This document shows, piece by piece, positions 1-8,963 of a stretch of 32,000 bases of DNA (position 1 is the first letter of the stretch; each line of letters starts with the position of its first letter). Below the pieces are notes generated by a model, which was not told the origin of the DNA, did no database searches, and saw nothing but the letters and a program-made list of their open reading frames with translations. Location of the stretch: positions 90,001 to 122,000 of the forward strand of contig CAZHYN010000001.1 of assembly GCA_964536865.1 (NCBI GenBank), given 5' to 3'. The stretch is from an uncultured Planctomycetia bacterium (GTDB lineage: Bacteria > Omnitrophota > Gorgyraeia > Duberdicusellales > 4484-171). The translations under genes were made by a program, and so were the position numbers.

Positions 1-818
1 AAAAACTTAAAAGGTACAAATTCGATTTAGCTGTAGTTCTTTCTCCCTACTTTGAATCTGCTCTTCTTGGTTATCTATCTGGAGCAAGCTTCAGAATAGG
101 ATACCCTCTGAATGGATCGGGATTTTTGTTCACTATTAAAGTAGATGTAAAAAATCGTTACAAACATGAAATTGAAAGTTGTTTAGATGTTGTGAGGACG
201 ATTGGCATAGACACCATTAATAAAAAACCTCAGTTAATTTTGAGTCAAGAAGCTGAGAAGTTTGCTGAGGAATTTTTTGCTCAGCACAAGATTTTACCTT
301 CCGATTTAAAAATTTGTATTCATCCTGGTGGACATGAAGAGCATACTCGTTGGATGCCAGATAGATACGCTCAGGTGGCAGATGTGTTAATAAAAGATTA
401 TGGAGCAAAAGTTATTTTATTAGGAGCGAAAGCAGATAAAGATGTATTAGATAAAGTTTTGAGTTTTATGTCAGAGAAGCCAATCGTACCAGAATTACAC
501 AATTCTTTACAAAAGTTAGGAGCAATTATAAAAAGATGTGATATATTTTTAGGTAACAATAGTGGGCCGATGCATGTAGCTTCGGCAGTGGAAACCCCTG
601 TGGTAGCAATTTTCGGTGCTATTCATCCTTTAGAGCACGAGAATAAATGGGCACCTTTTGGAGAAGACCATATTATTGTAAGAAGAAAAATGGATTGTAT
701 CGATTGTCATCCTGGCCATTGCGTAAACCTTAAGTGTCTTCGAATGATTACTGTAGATGAGGTGTTGAGAGCAATTTTTAAACAGATTGAAAGAATTAAT
801 AAGAAGATTAATAAATAA
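1..818 (+). CDS. Glycosyltransferase family 9 (ADP-heptose:LPS heptosyltransferase-like), 5' partial
   Basis: The frame is open from the window edge (codons from nt 3 read KLKRYKFDLAVVLSPYFESALLGYLSGASFRIGYPLNGSGF...), so the TTG at 126 is an ORF-caller artefact. The C-terminal half carries the GT9-type LGNNSGPMHVASAVETPVVAIFG motif. The stop overlaps the next start (TAATG). Confidence 0.75.
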   Translation, partial: KLKRYKFDLAVVLSPYFESALLGYLSGASFRIGYPLNGSGFLFTIKVDVKNRYKHEIESCLDVVRTIGIDTINKKPQLILSQEAEKFAEEFFAQHKILPSDLKICIHPGGHEEHTRWMPDRYAQVADVLIKDYGAKVILLGAKADKDVLDKVLSFMSEKPIVPELHNSLQKLGAIIKRCDIFLGNNSGPMHVASAVETPVVAIFGAIHPLEHENKWAPFGEDHIIVRRKMDCIDCHPGHCVNLKCLRMITVDEVLRAIFKQIERINKKINK

Positions 819-1669
819 TGGAGAAAACAATTAAAGATAGAAGGATAAAAGAGGCAAATAAGATTATTTTTGATAGAGAGAGTAGATTTTATTCTAAAAG
901 ACGACGAATAAAGTTTGATAGGAAAACCTCTTTAAAGTTGATGCGTGATTATGAAAACGTGATGGAAGATAAATTTCAACCTATTGATAGATTCTTAGAC
1001 ATAGGTTGTGGTGATGGCCTGATATTATTAAACTTAAAACCTCTTGGTTTTATCTCAAAAGCCTATGGAGTCGATCTTTCATTTGGCATGCTTAAGGAAT
1101 GCAAAAGTAATGCTAATAAGTTAAATATTAATGTTCTATTAGTGCAAAGTGATGTTGAACAATTACCATTTAAAGATAATAGTTTCGATTTAATTGTGGG
1201 TCATGCTATTCTACATCATCTACCAACTGCAAGAGAAGCTTTTAAAGAAGTCTATAGGTTACTTAAACTTAGAGGTAGATGTATTTTTATTGAACCCAGT
1301 AAGATAGGAAGTAAGATTATAGCCACTTTGAGATGGTTTATATGGTCCCTCCCTTTTCTTATAAGACAAATTACTAAAAGTCCTATGGAAAGATTGATTG
1401 AAGTTAATACTTTTACACCCCAAGAGTTAGAGAAAGAAGCTAGAATTTCGGGATTTAAAATAGTCTACACTAAACCTTTCGCTGGTTTTATATCAAGGAT
1501 ATTTTACTGGATTTTAGACCCTATTAGCCAAAGAACTTCAAATAGATATTATCACTTGATAGTAGATAAAATAATTAATATCCTTTCCATCTTAGATGAA
1601 CGACTTTTTCGCAAGTTCATACCTAAGGGATGGTTTGATGAGATATTTATTTTTATGCAGAAAATTTAG
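818..1669 (+). CDS. Class I SAM-dependent methyltransferase
   Basis: SAM motif I is LDIGCGDGLILLNL. The FDLIVGHAILHHL and YRLLKLRGRCIF motifs are typical of the Methyltransf_11 fold. The gene sits inside a glycosyltransferase cluster. Confidence 0.8.
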   Translation: MEKTIKDRRIKEANKIIFDRESRFYSKRRRIKFDRKTSLKLMRDYENVMEDKFQPIDRFLDIGCGDGLILLNLKPLGFISKAYGVDLSFGMLKECKSNANKLNINVLLVQSDVEQLPFKDNSFDLIVGHAILHHLPTAREAFKEVYRLLKLRGRCIFIEPSKIGSKIIATLRWFIWSLPFLIRQITKSPMERLIEVNTFTPQELEKEARISGFKIVYTKPFAGFISRIFYWILDPISQRTSNRYYHLIVDKIINILSILDERLFRKFIPKGWFDEIFIFMQKI

Positions 1670-1699
1670 GTCAAAAGATGATAGGAAAAGTTTAGTAAG

Positions 1700-2890
1700 A
1701 TGTTTCGAAAATTGAATATATTAATGGTTAATGATATTATTTTTCCTGACGTAAAGGGTGGTAGTGGAAGGGTAGTTAGAGAGCTCAGTAAAAGTTTGAT
1801 TAGAAAGGGCCACAACATTTCTGTTTTAGTCAGGAGAGCAAGTGAAATTTTACCTTTAAGAGAAAAAAAGGAAATTGAAATTTGTCGTTATAGTGTCAAT
1901 TATAGAAATAATTTAACTTTTTTTATTTCATCTTTAAAAAATGTTTATGTAACGTTCAACCATATATCTAAAGGAAGAAAATTTGACTTAATAATTTTTC
2001 ATCATCCCCTACCTGCTTTAGGTATATCTCTAATTAGAAGGACAAGGAAGATTCCTAAAATCTATATTTTCCATTCATCTTGGCCTGAGGAATTTGAAGT
2101 AAAAAGTAAAAAAAGAGGTGTTGGTTTCTTTCTAAGAAGATGGATTGAGAGAAAGATTTTAAAGGATTGTGGTAAGATTGTTGTATTGAGTAATTATTCT
2201 AAACAAAAACTTTTAGATCTTTACGGATCATTACGGTTAAAAGTAGAAATTATTCCTGGAGGCGTGGATATTGAAAGGTTTAAGCCCTCAGATAATAAGA
2301 ACGATGTAAGGATAAAATTAGGCATTCCTATAGATAAATTTATCCTTCTCACTATCAGGAATTTAACCGTCAGAATGGGATTAGAAAATTTAATAAAAGC
2401 AATGGTTAAGGTTACAGAAAGATATAAGGATATTTTGCTTATTATCGGTGGTAGAGGGATTCTAGAGTCTAAATTGAAAACGTTGACCAAAGAATTAGGA
2501 TTAGAAAGATATATTAAATTTGTAGGATTGATAGATGAAAAAGTGTTACCTCTTTACTATCAGGCAGCAGATGTTTTCATACTTCCTTCTAAGTGTTTAG
2601 AGGGATTTGGTTTAGTAACTTTAGAGGCTCTAGCAACAGGAGTGCCAGTTTTAGGCACCCCTGTGGGGGGTACAATAGAGATTCTCAGACGCTTGGATGA
2701 AAAATTTCTATTCAAAGGTATTGATGTTGATTCGATAGCTAACTTGATAATTGAAAGTATTAGCGATGCAGACGTTAGAGAAGGGAAATTAAGAGAAAAA
2801 TGCAGAAAATTTGTAGTGGAAAACTATTCTTGGGAAAGGTCTGCTTCTGAATTGGAGAAAGTGTTATTTAGTGTTCTCAATGTTAAATGA
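1700..2890 (+). CDS. Glycosyltransferase family 4 (GT-B, retaining type)
   Basis: C-terminal EX7E-type motif ILPSKCLEGFGLVTLEALATGVPVLGTPVGG. N-terminal GGSGRVVRELSKSL. Confidence 0.85.
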   Translation: MFRKLNILMVNDIIFPDVKGGSGRVVRELSKSLIRKGHNISVLVRRASEILPLREKKEIEICRYSVNYRNNLTFFISSLKNVYVTFNHISKGRKFDLIIFHHPLPALGISLIRRTRKIPKIYIFHSSWPEEFEVKSKKRGVGFFLRRWIERKILKDCGKIVVLSNYSKQKLLDLYGSLRLKVEIIPGGVDIERFKPSDNKNDVRIKLGIPIDKFILLTIRNLTVRMGLENLIKAMVKVTERYKDILLIIGGRGILESKLKTLTKELGLERYIKFVGLIDEKVLPLYYQAADVFILPSKCLEGFGLVTLEALATGVPVLGTPVGGTIEILRRLDEKFLFKGIDVDSIANLIIESISDADVREGKLREKCRKFVVENYSWERSASELEKVLFSVLNVK

Positions 2891-2900
2891 AATAGGAGAA

Positions 2901-4082
2901 ATGGAAGAGTGTAGAATATTTAAAATTTTACATGTTCATACCCTACCTGTCATCAGTGGTTCGGGAATTCATACGCTAATAATAATGAAAGGACTGGATA
3001 GGTCAAAATATAAGGTAGAATTTGCTTGTGCTCCTGGGGGTGATTTGATAAAAGAAGTAGTCAATTGTGGAATAGAATTTAAACCCATTAAACATTTTGT
3101 TCAAGAGATAAATGTATATCACGACTTAATTGCTTTGTGGGAATTAGTGTATTTATTAAAAAAGGAGAAATATGATATCATCCATACGCACAATTCCAAA
3201 GCAGGATTTATTGGTCGTTTAGCAGCAAAGATTGTAGGAGTTCCAATAATTATACATACTATCCATGGTTTTGCTTTTCATGAGTTTGAAAAACCACCCC
3301 GTAGAATCTTATTTGCTTTATTGGAAAGGTTTGCTGCAAAGTTTGCTGATAAATTGATTACTGTATCAGAACCTCTTAAAAGATGGGGATTGAGGTTAAA
3401 GATTGGAAGGGCTGAACAATATATTACTATCCATGATGGCATCGAAATCGAAAAATTTAAAAAAGTAAATATTGATATCGAAGAAAAAAAGCAGGAATTT
3501 GGGATAAAACAGGGTGAGTTGGTGGTAGGGGTAGTATCCAAATTATGGGAAGGTAAAGGTCACCGAGATATATTAAAAGCAGCAAAAGGAGTAATTAAAA
3601 AGATACCCAATGTCAGATTTATGTTCGTAGGTGAAGGGTATTTAAGAGAAGAGTTAGAAAGATTAACCCAACAGTTAGGTTTAAGTGAGAACATAATTTT
3701 TACTGGTTTCAGAAGAGATATTCCTGAAATAACTGCTATCTTTGACATTGCAGTTTTAGCCTCTTACTATGAAGGTATGGGAAGAGTTCTTTTAGAAGCA
3801 ATGGTGTTAGCTAAACCAGTGGTGGCTACAAAGGTAGGAGGGATTGTTGATGTAGTGGAAGATGGTAAGACAGGATTTTTAGTTCCCCCAAAAAATCCAA
3901 AGGCTTTAGCTGAAGCAATGATTAGATTACTTTCTGATGAAAGATTGAGAAAAATAATGGGGAAAGAGGCGAGGAAGAGGATCGACACTAGATTTAGTGC
4001 TCAAGCTATGGTGAGTAAGATTGAAGAAGTTTACCAAGAGCTAATAAAACGAAAAGAAGGAATACTTAGAAAAAGGAGATAA
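2901..4082 (+). CDS. Glycosyltransferase family 4
   Basis: Motif ASYYEGMGRVLLEAMVLAKPVVATKVGGIVDVVEDGKTGFLV. An AGGAG RBS at 2894-2898 precedes the ATG at 2901. The ORF-track start at 2871 would overlap the upstream gene and adds 10 atypical residues. Confidence 0.85.
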   Translation: MEECRIFKILHVHTLPVISGSGIHTLIIMKGLDRSKYKVEFACAPGGDLIKEVVNCGIEFKPIKHFVQEINVYHDLIALWELVYLLKKEKYDIIHTHNSKAGFIGRLAAKIVGVPIIIHTIHGFAFHEFEKPPRRILFALLERFAAKFADKLITVSEPLKRWGLRLKIGRAEQYITIHDGIEIEKFKKVNIDIEEKKQEFGIKQGELVVGVVSKLWEGKGHRDILKAAKGVIKKIPNVRFMFVGEGYLREELERLTQQLGLSENIIFTGFRRDIPEITAIFDIAVLASYYEGMGRVLLEAMVLAKPVVATKVGGIVDVVEDGKTGFLVPPKNPKALAEAMIRLLSDERLRKIMGKEARKRIDTRFSAQAMVSKIEEVYQELIKRKEGILRKRR

Positions 4083-4083
4083 A

Positions 4084-5208
4084 ATGGTTAATTATTTTTA
4101 TCTCGTTTTTTGTTTTGTTCTTTCTCTAGGGTTTTCTCTTCTTCTCACTCCTTTTATGAGGAAGTTAGCTTTAAAAAAAGGAGTTCTCTCTAAACCCAAT
4201 AGAAGGAGAGTGCATAAAAAACCTATACCCTATTTAGGAGGGTTAGGTATTTATCTTTCATTTTTTATTACACTTTTTGTCATCTATCTAGTAGATTATA
4301 ACTTTAGTTCAAAGTTCTCTTTCAAATTGATAGGGTTTTTTGGTGCCTGTACAGGGATAGTTTTGCTAGGACTCTGGGATGATTTAAAGGATATTTCTCC
4401 TCTTATCAAGCTTTTTGGACAGTTAATTTTTGCTGTGGTTCTCTACTTCTATGGATTTAAAATCGAACTTCTCACCCATCCTTTCTCCGGGAGAGAAATT
4501 CAACTCCCTTTGAGCTTAAGTTTTATTCTTACCATTTTTTGGTTTTTAGGTTTAACTAATGCTATGAATTTAATAGATGGATTAGATGGGTTAGCTTCAG
4601 GAATAACGGTAATAGTCTGTGGAGCACTTAGTTTCATTGCTTTATATTTAAAAAATTATCTTAATATGTTTTTACTTCTCACTTTAGCAGGAAGTTGTTT
4701 AGGTTTTTTAAGATTTAACTTTTATCCTGCACAGATTTTTATGGGAGATGCAGGGAGCATGTTTCTTGGTTTTGTTTTAGCTTCTGCTTCGTTAGTTGGA
4801 CCTCAATATAAATCAGCAACTGCGGTAGTTTTACTTACTCCTTTAGTAGCTCTAACTGTACCTATATACGATACTTTTATGGCAATTGTGAGACGTCTCA
4901 CAAAAAAACACTCTATCTTCAGAGCAGATAGAAAGCATCTTCATCATCGTTTGTTAGATATGGGATTAACCCAAAAACAGATAGTTTTGTTTATTTACTT
5001 AGTAACTTTATACCTTGGTATATTTGCTTTTTTATTCATTCTTATACCCAATCAGTATGCAGTTATCCTTTTAGTTCTATTAGCATTAGGGCTATTTATG
5101 GGAGTAGTAGTATTAGGTTTTATTGAACGCCGAATGCGTTATATGGAGAAGTTAGAGCTAAGGAGAAAAAGAAAACTTCATCTGGGGCAATATCGTTTTG
5201 ATAAATAA
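4084..5208 (+). CDS. MraY/WecA-family polyprenyl-phosphate N-acetylhexosamine-1-phosphate transferase
   Basis: Polytopic membrane protein with the family motifs NAMNLIDGLDGLA and IFMGDAGSMFLGF. An AGGAG RBS lies just upstream. Confidence 0.85.
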   Translation: MVNYFYLVFCFVLSLGFSLLLTPFMRKLALKKGVLSKPNRRRVHKKPIPYLGGLGIYLSFFITLFVIYLVDYNFSSKFSFKLIGFFGACTGIVLLGLWDDLKDISPLIKLFGQLIFAVVLYFYGFKIELLTHPFSGREIQLPLSLSFILTIFWFLGLTNAMNLIDGLDGLASGITVIVCGALSFIALYLKNYLNMFLLLTLAGSCLGFLRFNFYPAQIFMGDAGSMFLGFVLASASLVGPQYKSATAVVLLTPLVALTVPIYDTFMAIVRRLTKKHSIFRADRKHLHHRLLDMGLTQKQIVLFIYLVTLYLGIFAFLFILIPNQYAVILLVLLALGLFMGVVVLGFIERRMRYMEKLELRRKRKLHLGQYRFDK

Positions 5209-5231
5209 TAATATACGTTTGAGAGAGAAAT

Positions 5232-5271
5232 AAAATTAAATTTGGGATCAGAAAATTAAATTTGGGATCAG
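5232..5271. repeat. Perfect 20-bp tandem direct repeat (AAAATTAAATTTGGGATCAG x2)
   Basis: Read directly: 5232-5251 and 5252-5271 are identical and adjacent, in the intergenic region left of the transposase cassette. Confidence 0.95.
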
Positions 5272-5343
5272 GTAGAAAACCATTAAAAGAGTGTTAACCT
5301 AAACCATTGAAACAAGTGAAACAATATCTGAAACAATATTGGT

Positions 5344-6300
5344 GAGACAATATCGGTTCAACCAATAATGTTTCCAATAATGTTTCAGAAATGGGGAAGA
5401 GTAAAATCCTAATGACCAGAGAAAAGATAATAGTTGAGGAGGGTGTATACCATATCACCCAACGTGCTCCTGGAAGGGAGTTGATATTTTTAGAAGATAA
5501 TGACTTTTTGAGTTTTTTAGGCATATTGAAGAAGACTTCTTCTAAATTTTCTATTGATATTTTATGTTTTGCACTTCTTCCTAATCATCTTCATATTTTA
5601 TTGAAGATTAAGAATAGAAATCTTGGTGAAGCAATGAAGTATCTATTTCAAAGTTATGCTCAAAGATTTAATAAAAAATATCAGCGTAAGGGACATGTAT
5701 TTTGTGGTGTGTATAGGGCATCTTTATGTAGAGATGATGCCTATCTTTTAACAGCTTCTTTGTACATCCACTTGAATCCTTATAAAGCTGGGTTGCTTAA
5801 AAGTCCTTTTAGATATAAATGGTATTCTTTACACCCTTATGTAAATGAAATAAAGGATGCCTTTATTAAAGTTGATTATATTCTCAATATTATTAATGAT
5901 CAAGATAGAGAAAATGCTCGACAACTCTATAGAAAATTTATAATTGAAAGTAGCGACATTGAATATAAAAATATCCTGCGGGATTTGAATGCACCGAGAA
6001 AATTTCTTAATAATTTTGTAAGTTGGCTTAGAAATAATGTTGAAAAGTTAAGATGGAGAAAGACATATATTTTTGAAACCTATCTTAAGTTGGAGGAAAG
6101 GATTAAAGAAATTAAAAATACAAAGAAGTTTGGTTATCCAGAGAGTAGGAAAGCATTAATATATCTTATAGAACAATTGAAAGCTAACGGTTATAGTGTT
6201 AAAGAGATAGCAGAGAGGTTAAGTATAGGTAGGACTACTATCTACCGTTTGAAACAATATCGGTTCAACCAATAATGTTTCAATCACTAATGTTTCAGAA
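5344..6300 (+). mobile_element. IS200/IS605-like (or REPtron-like) single-ORF cassette bounded by same-orientation hairpin repeats
   Basis: The repeat at 5344-5390 recurs at 6251-6300. It has a 28-nt perfect core (ACAATATCGGTTCAACCAATAATGTTTC) and ends in TAATGTTTCAGAA in both copies, with a 3-nt indel between them. The 31-nt core GA(G/A)ACAATATCGGTTCAACCAATAATGTTTC is itself an imperfect palindrome (13 of 15 positions pair, centred on GGTTcAACC). It encloses a Y1/HUH transposase-like ORF. Confidence 0.5.
5391..6275 (+). CDS. IS200-like / REP-associated tyrosine (Y1, HUH) transposase-like protein with C-terminal HTH
   Basis: HUH motif in LPNHLHILL. The stretch QRKGHVFCGVYRASLCRDDAYLLTASLYIHLNPYKAGLL matches the Y1_Tnp fold signature. 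The C-terminus GYSVKEIAERLSIGRTTIYRL resembles a resolvase/Hin-type HTH. Confidence 0.7.
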   Translation: MGKSKILMTREKIIVEEGVYHITQRAPGRELIFLEDNDFLSFLGILKKTSSKFSIDILCFALLPNHLHILLKIKNRNLGEAMKYLFQSYAQRFNKKYQRKGHVFCGVYRASLCRDDAYLLTASLYIHLNPYKAGLLKSPFRYKWYSLHPYVNEIKDAFIKVDYILNIINDQDRENARQLYRKFIIESSDIEYKNILRDLNAPRKFLNNFVSWLRNNVEKLRWRKTYIFETYLKLEERIKEIKNTKKFGYPESRKALIYLIEQLKANGYSVKEIAERLSIGRTTIYRLKQYRFNQ

Positions 6301-7744
6301 GGGTTTGTGGATTTTAGGTATTATTTTATTTTGTCGAGTTGGTTTTTGTCAGGATTGGATAAAATTGCCTGCAATTATACATATTGCATCTACAGTTAGT
6401 GATGGTGAGCATTCTCTTTCAGAAATAGTAAAAATCGCTAAAGATAATGGCATAAAAGTGGTAGTAATCAACGATAGAGATTTGATGCGCTGGGAATATG
6501 GTATTTGGCCCTTACGAAACTTAATTAAAAAAAGGGTAGAAATTAATTCTATATTTAAATATGGTATAAAACGCTATTTAAATGAAATAAGAATGTTGCA
6601 AAATAAATTCTCCGATCTAATTATTATCCCAGGAACAGAATCAGCACCCTTTTACTATTGGGAAGGCTCTCCCTTAAGAGGTAATTTAAAGATGTACAAC
6701 TGGCATAGACATATTTTAACTGTAGGGTTAGAAAAAGTAGAGGATTATAAAAATCTTCCTATAATAGGTAATACCCAAGGATTAAAAGAAAGTTTTAGTG
6801 TTATTAGTCTGTGGCCATTTTTCACTTTAGTGTTAGGATTTATTCTTACCAAAAAAAGACTTTATAGCTACAAAGACTATCGAGGCAAAGAATTAGGCCC
6901 CTCTTCGGTAAAGTGGAAGACAATAGGATGGGTAGTTATTATTTTAAGTTTTTTATTTATTTTAAATAACTGGCCATTTTTAAAATTTAAATTTGACCCC
7001 TACCATGGAAATCTAGGTTCTTTTCCCTATCAAAATTTTATCAATTATGTAGACAAAAAAGGGGGATTAACTTTCTGGGCTCATCCTGAAGCAGAGTATA
7101 CTTTGGATCTAAAATTCGGTAAAGTAAGCTTTGAAACCAGGGCACATCCCCATTTACTTTTAGAAACAAAAAATTACACAGGTTTCTCTATATTTTATGA
7201 GGGGTACAAAATAATAGGCAAACCAGGAGGAGTGTGGGATAAGATTTTAATTAGCTACTGTAAAGGAGAAAGAGAAAAACCTATTTGGGCAATAGCTGGT
7301 TTAGCTTTCGACAACAAAGGAGACTTAGTTACTGCGTTAAGAAAGTTACAAACCATTATCTTAGCTCCTAGGTTAACTAAAGAGGCGGTGTTAAATTCTC
7401 TAAAGAGGGGGAGAGTTTACGTAAAAAGGGGTAGAGATAGTTTTGATTTCTCTCTCATTGATTTTTCTGTCTCGGATGAGTCAGGGAATAAAGGAGTTAT
7501 TGGCGATACTGTAAAAGTAGAAACAAGACCTTTAATTCATCTTCAGGGTCAATTTTTAAATAATCAGCAGAGGGTAGAGATAAAAGTTATAAAAGAAGGT
7601 AAAGTAATTAAAGATTATAAAGAGGTAGAGACTCCTTTTAACCTTTCCTTCTATGGAGAAGCCCCTGTAAGTAAGACCTATTATCGAGTGGAAATTAAGA
7701 GTAAAGGATTACATTTGGTTACCAATCCCATATTTGTATATTAA
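6275..7744 (+). CDS. PHP-domain-like (degenerate) membrane-associated protein
   Basis: N-terminal signal or TM segment (GLWILGIILFCRVGFC). IIHIASTVSDGEHSLSEIVKIAKDNGIKVVVINDRD aligns to the PHP motif HxHTxxSDG, but the second His is Ala. GTESA and FWAHPEA motifs follow, with two central TM segments. The true start is either Met within the repeat (6275 or 6290). Confidence 0.5.
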   Translation: MFQSLMFQKGLWILGIILFCRVGFCQDWIKLPAIIHIASTVSDGEHSLSEIVKIAKDNGIKVVVINDRDLMRWEYGIWPLRNLIKKRVEINSIFKYGIKRYLNEIRMLQNKFSDLIIIPGTESAPFYYWEGSPLRGNLKMYNWHRHILTVGLEKVEDYKNLPIIGNTQGLKESFSVISLWPFFTLVLGFILTKKRLYSYKDYRGKELGPSSVKWKTIGWVVIILSFLFILNNWPFLKFKFDPYHGNLGSFPYQNFINYVDKKGGLTFWAHPEAEYTLDLKFGKVSFETRAHPHLLLETKNYTGFSIFYEGYKIIGKPGGVWDKILISYCKGEREKPIWAIAGLAFDNKGDLVTALRKLQTIILAPRLTKEAVLNSLKRGRVYVKRGRDSFDFSLIDFSVSDESGNKGVIGDTVKVETRPLIHLQGQFLNNQQRVEIKVIKEGKVIKDYKEVETPFNLSFYGEAPVSKTYYRVEIKSKGLHLVTNPIFVY

Positions 7745-7818
7745 TACCGAATACTATAGTTCTCTACTTTAGGAATTACGATAATATTTTGAAAAATTAT
7801 AAAAAGGAGGAGGTGATA

Positions 7819-8541
7819 ATGAATTTACTTCTATTTATAGGAGCGATCATTGTTTCTTTTGTTGCGATTAGAATTGGTGCGGTTGCCTTCCACTTAACGG
7901 GACTCGAGTGGTCTCTGGCAAAATTCCAAGCCCTTTCTTGCTTTAGTGGTACAGGTTTTACTACTAAAGAGTCAGAGCTTGTAGTGGGACACCCTCAGAG
8001 GAGACGGATTGCTTCTGTCCTTATGATTTTAGGAAATGCAGGATTTGTAACTCTAATTGCCACTTTTGCTAATTCCTTAAGACCAAATACCTATCTTGCT
8101 CAGTTTAAACTTCCCTTCTTTGGAATCTTTCTCCCTTCTTGGGTTGCTCCTTGGGCGAATTTAGCTATTATTGTATTTTCCTTATTCGTCATCTATCGCT
8201 TCTTTACTTATAGAAAAGTAATAGAGAAATTCACGAATTTTTTGAGAGAGCGCCTTATAAGAAAAGAGATCGTTAAACCTCTATCCTTTGAAGAGATTAT
8301 TATAGCTACAGGAGGTTATGGGGTCTCCAGCGTAGAGGTATTAAGTGATTCTCCTATAGTAAATAAGACCCTTTATGAGGCAGCTTTAAGGAACTATGAT
8401 ATTAATATTCTAGCTATAGAAAGAGAGAAGAGAATTATCCCTAATCCTCCTGCGGAAACAAAGATTGTTTTGGGAGATAGGTTAATATGTTTTGGGAAAT
8501 TGGATAACATTCGCCAAAATTTATGCCCAGCTTCTAAGTAA
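7819..8541 (+). CDS. Single KtrB/TrkH-like M1-P-M2 pore module fused to an RCK_C (TrkA_C) domain, paralog 1
   Basis: An AGGAGG RBS at 7806-7813 precedes the ATG at 7819 (the ORF-track TTG at 7789 is unlikely). The order is TM1, then FQALSCFSGTGFTT (P-loop-like), then RRIASVLMILGNAGFVT (M2-like MxxGxxG). The C-terminus VEVLSDSPIVNKTLYEAALRNYDINILAIEREKRIIPNPPAETKIVLGDRLICFG is RCK_C-like. Confidence 0.6.
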   Translation: MNLLLFIGAIIVSFVAIRIGAVAFHLTGLEWSLAKFQALSCFSGTGFTTKESELVVGHPQRRRIASVLMILGNAGFVTLIATFANSLRPNTYLAQFKLPFFGIFLPSWVAPWANLAIIVFSLFVIYRFFTYRKVIEKFTNFLRERLIRKEIVKPLSFEEIIIATGGYGVSSVEVLSDSPIVNKTLYEAALRNYDINILAIEREKRIIPNPPAETKIVLGDRLICFGKLDNIRQNLCPASK

Positions 8542-8579
8542 GAGGATAGGTAATTGTTTAAACTAGGAAGAGAGGTGTT

Positions 8580-8945
8580 ATGTTGACAAAAATCCTAGGT
8601 TGGTCATTCATTATTTTAGGGATATTTTTTTTCTTAAGACCGGCTTTCTTTAAAAAGATAGTAGAGAGGAAAAGCATTAAGAAGACAAGAAAGCTCCTCT
8701 TTATTCTTGCTACCAGTGTAGGAACTCTTTTTATTTATGCTTCTTGGAGGATGAAGGGATTTTTACCTAAGTTCATAATGGGACTAGGGGTAGTTAGTAT
8801 TATTAAAGGTTTCTTCTTCCTAAGAGGAAAGATTTCCGGAAAACTATTAGATTGGTTTTCCCGGAAGCCACTAATCTACTTTAAGTTTCTTTCTTTAATC
8901 TATATTGTGATGGGATTATTAATTCTAGTGGGACTTAAGAAGTAA
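8580..8945 (+). CDS. Small hypothetical membrane protein (about 4 TM segments)
   Basis: The ORF has four hydrophobic stretches and a GAGAGG RBS-like sequence upstream. I recognise no family. Confidence 0.5.
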   Translation: MLTKILGWSFIILGIFFFLRPAFFKKIVERKSIKKTRKLLFILATSVGTLFIYASWRMKGFLPKFIMGLGVVSIIKGFFFLRGKISGKLLDWFSRKPLIYFKFLSLIYIVMGLLILVGLKK

Positions 8946-8963
8946 TCTTTCTGTTCCTTTTTT

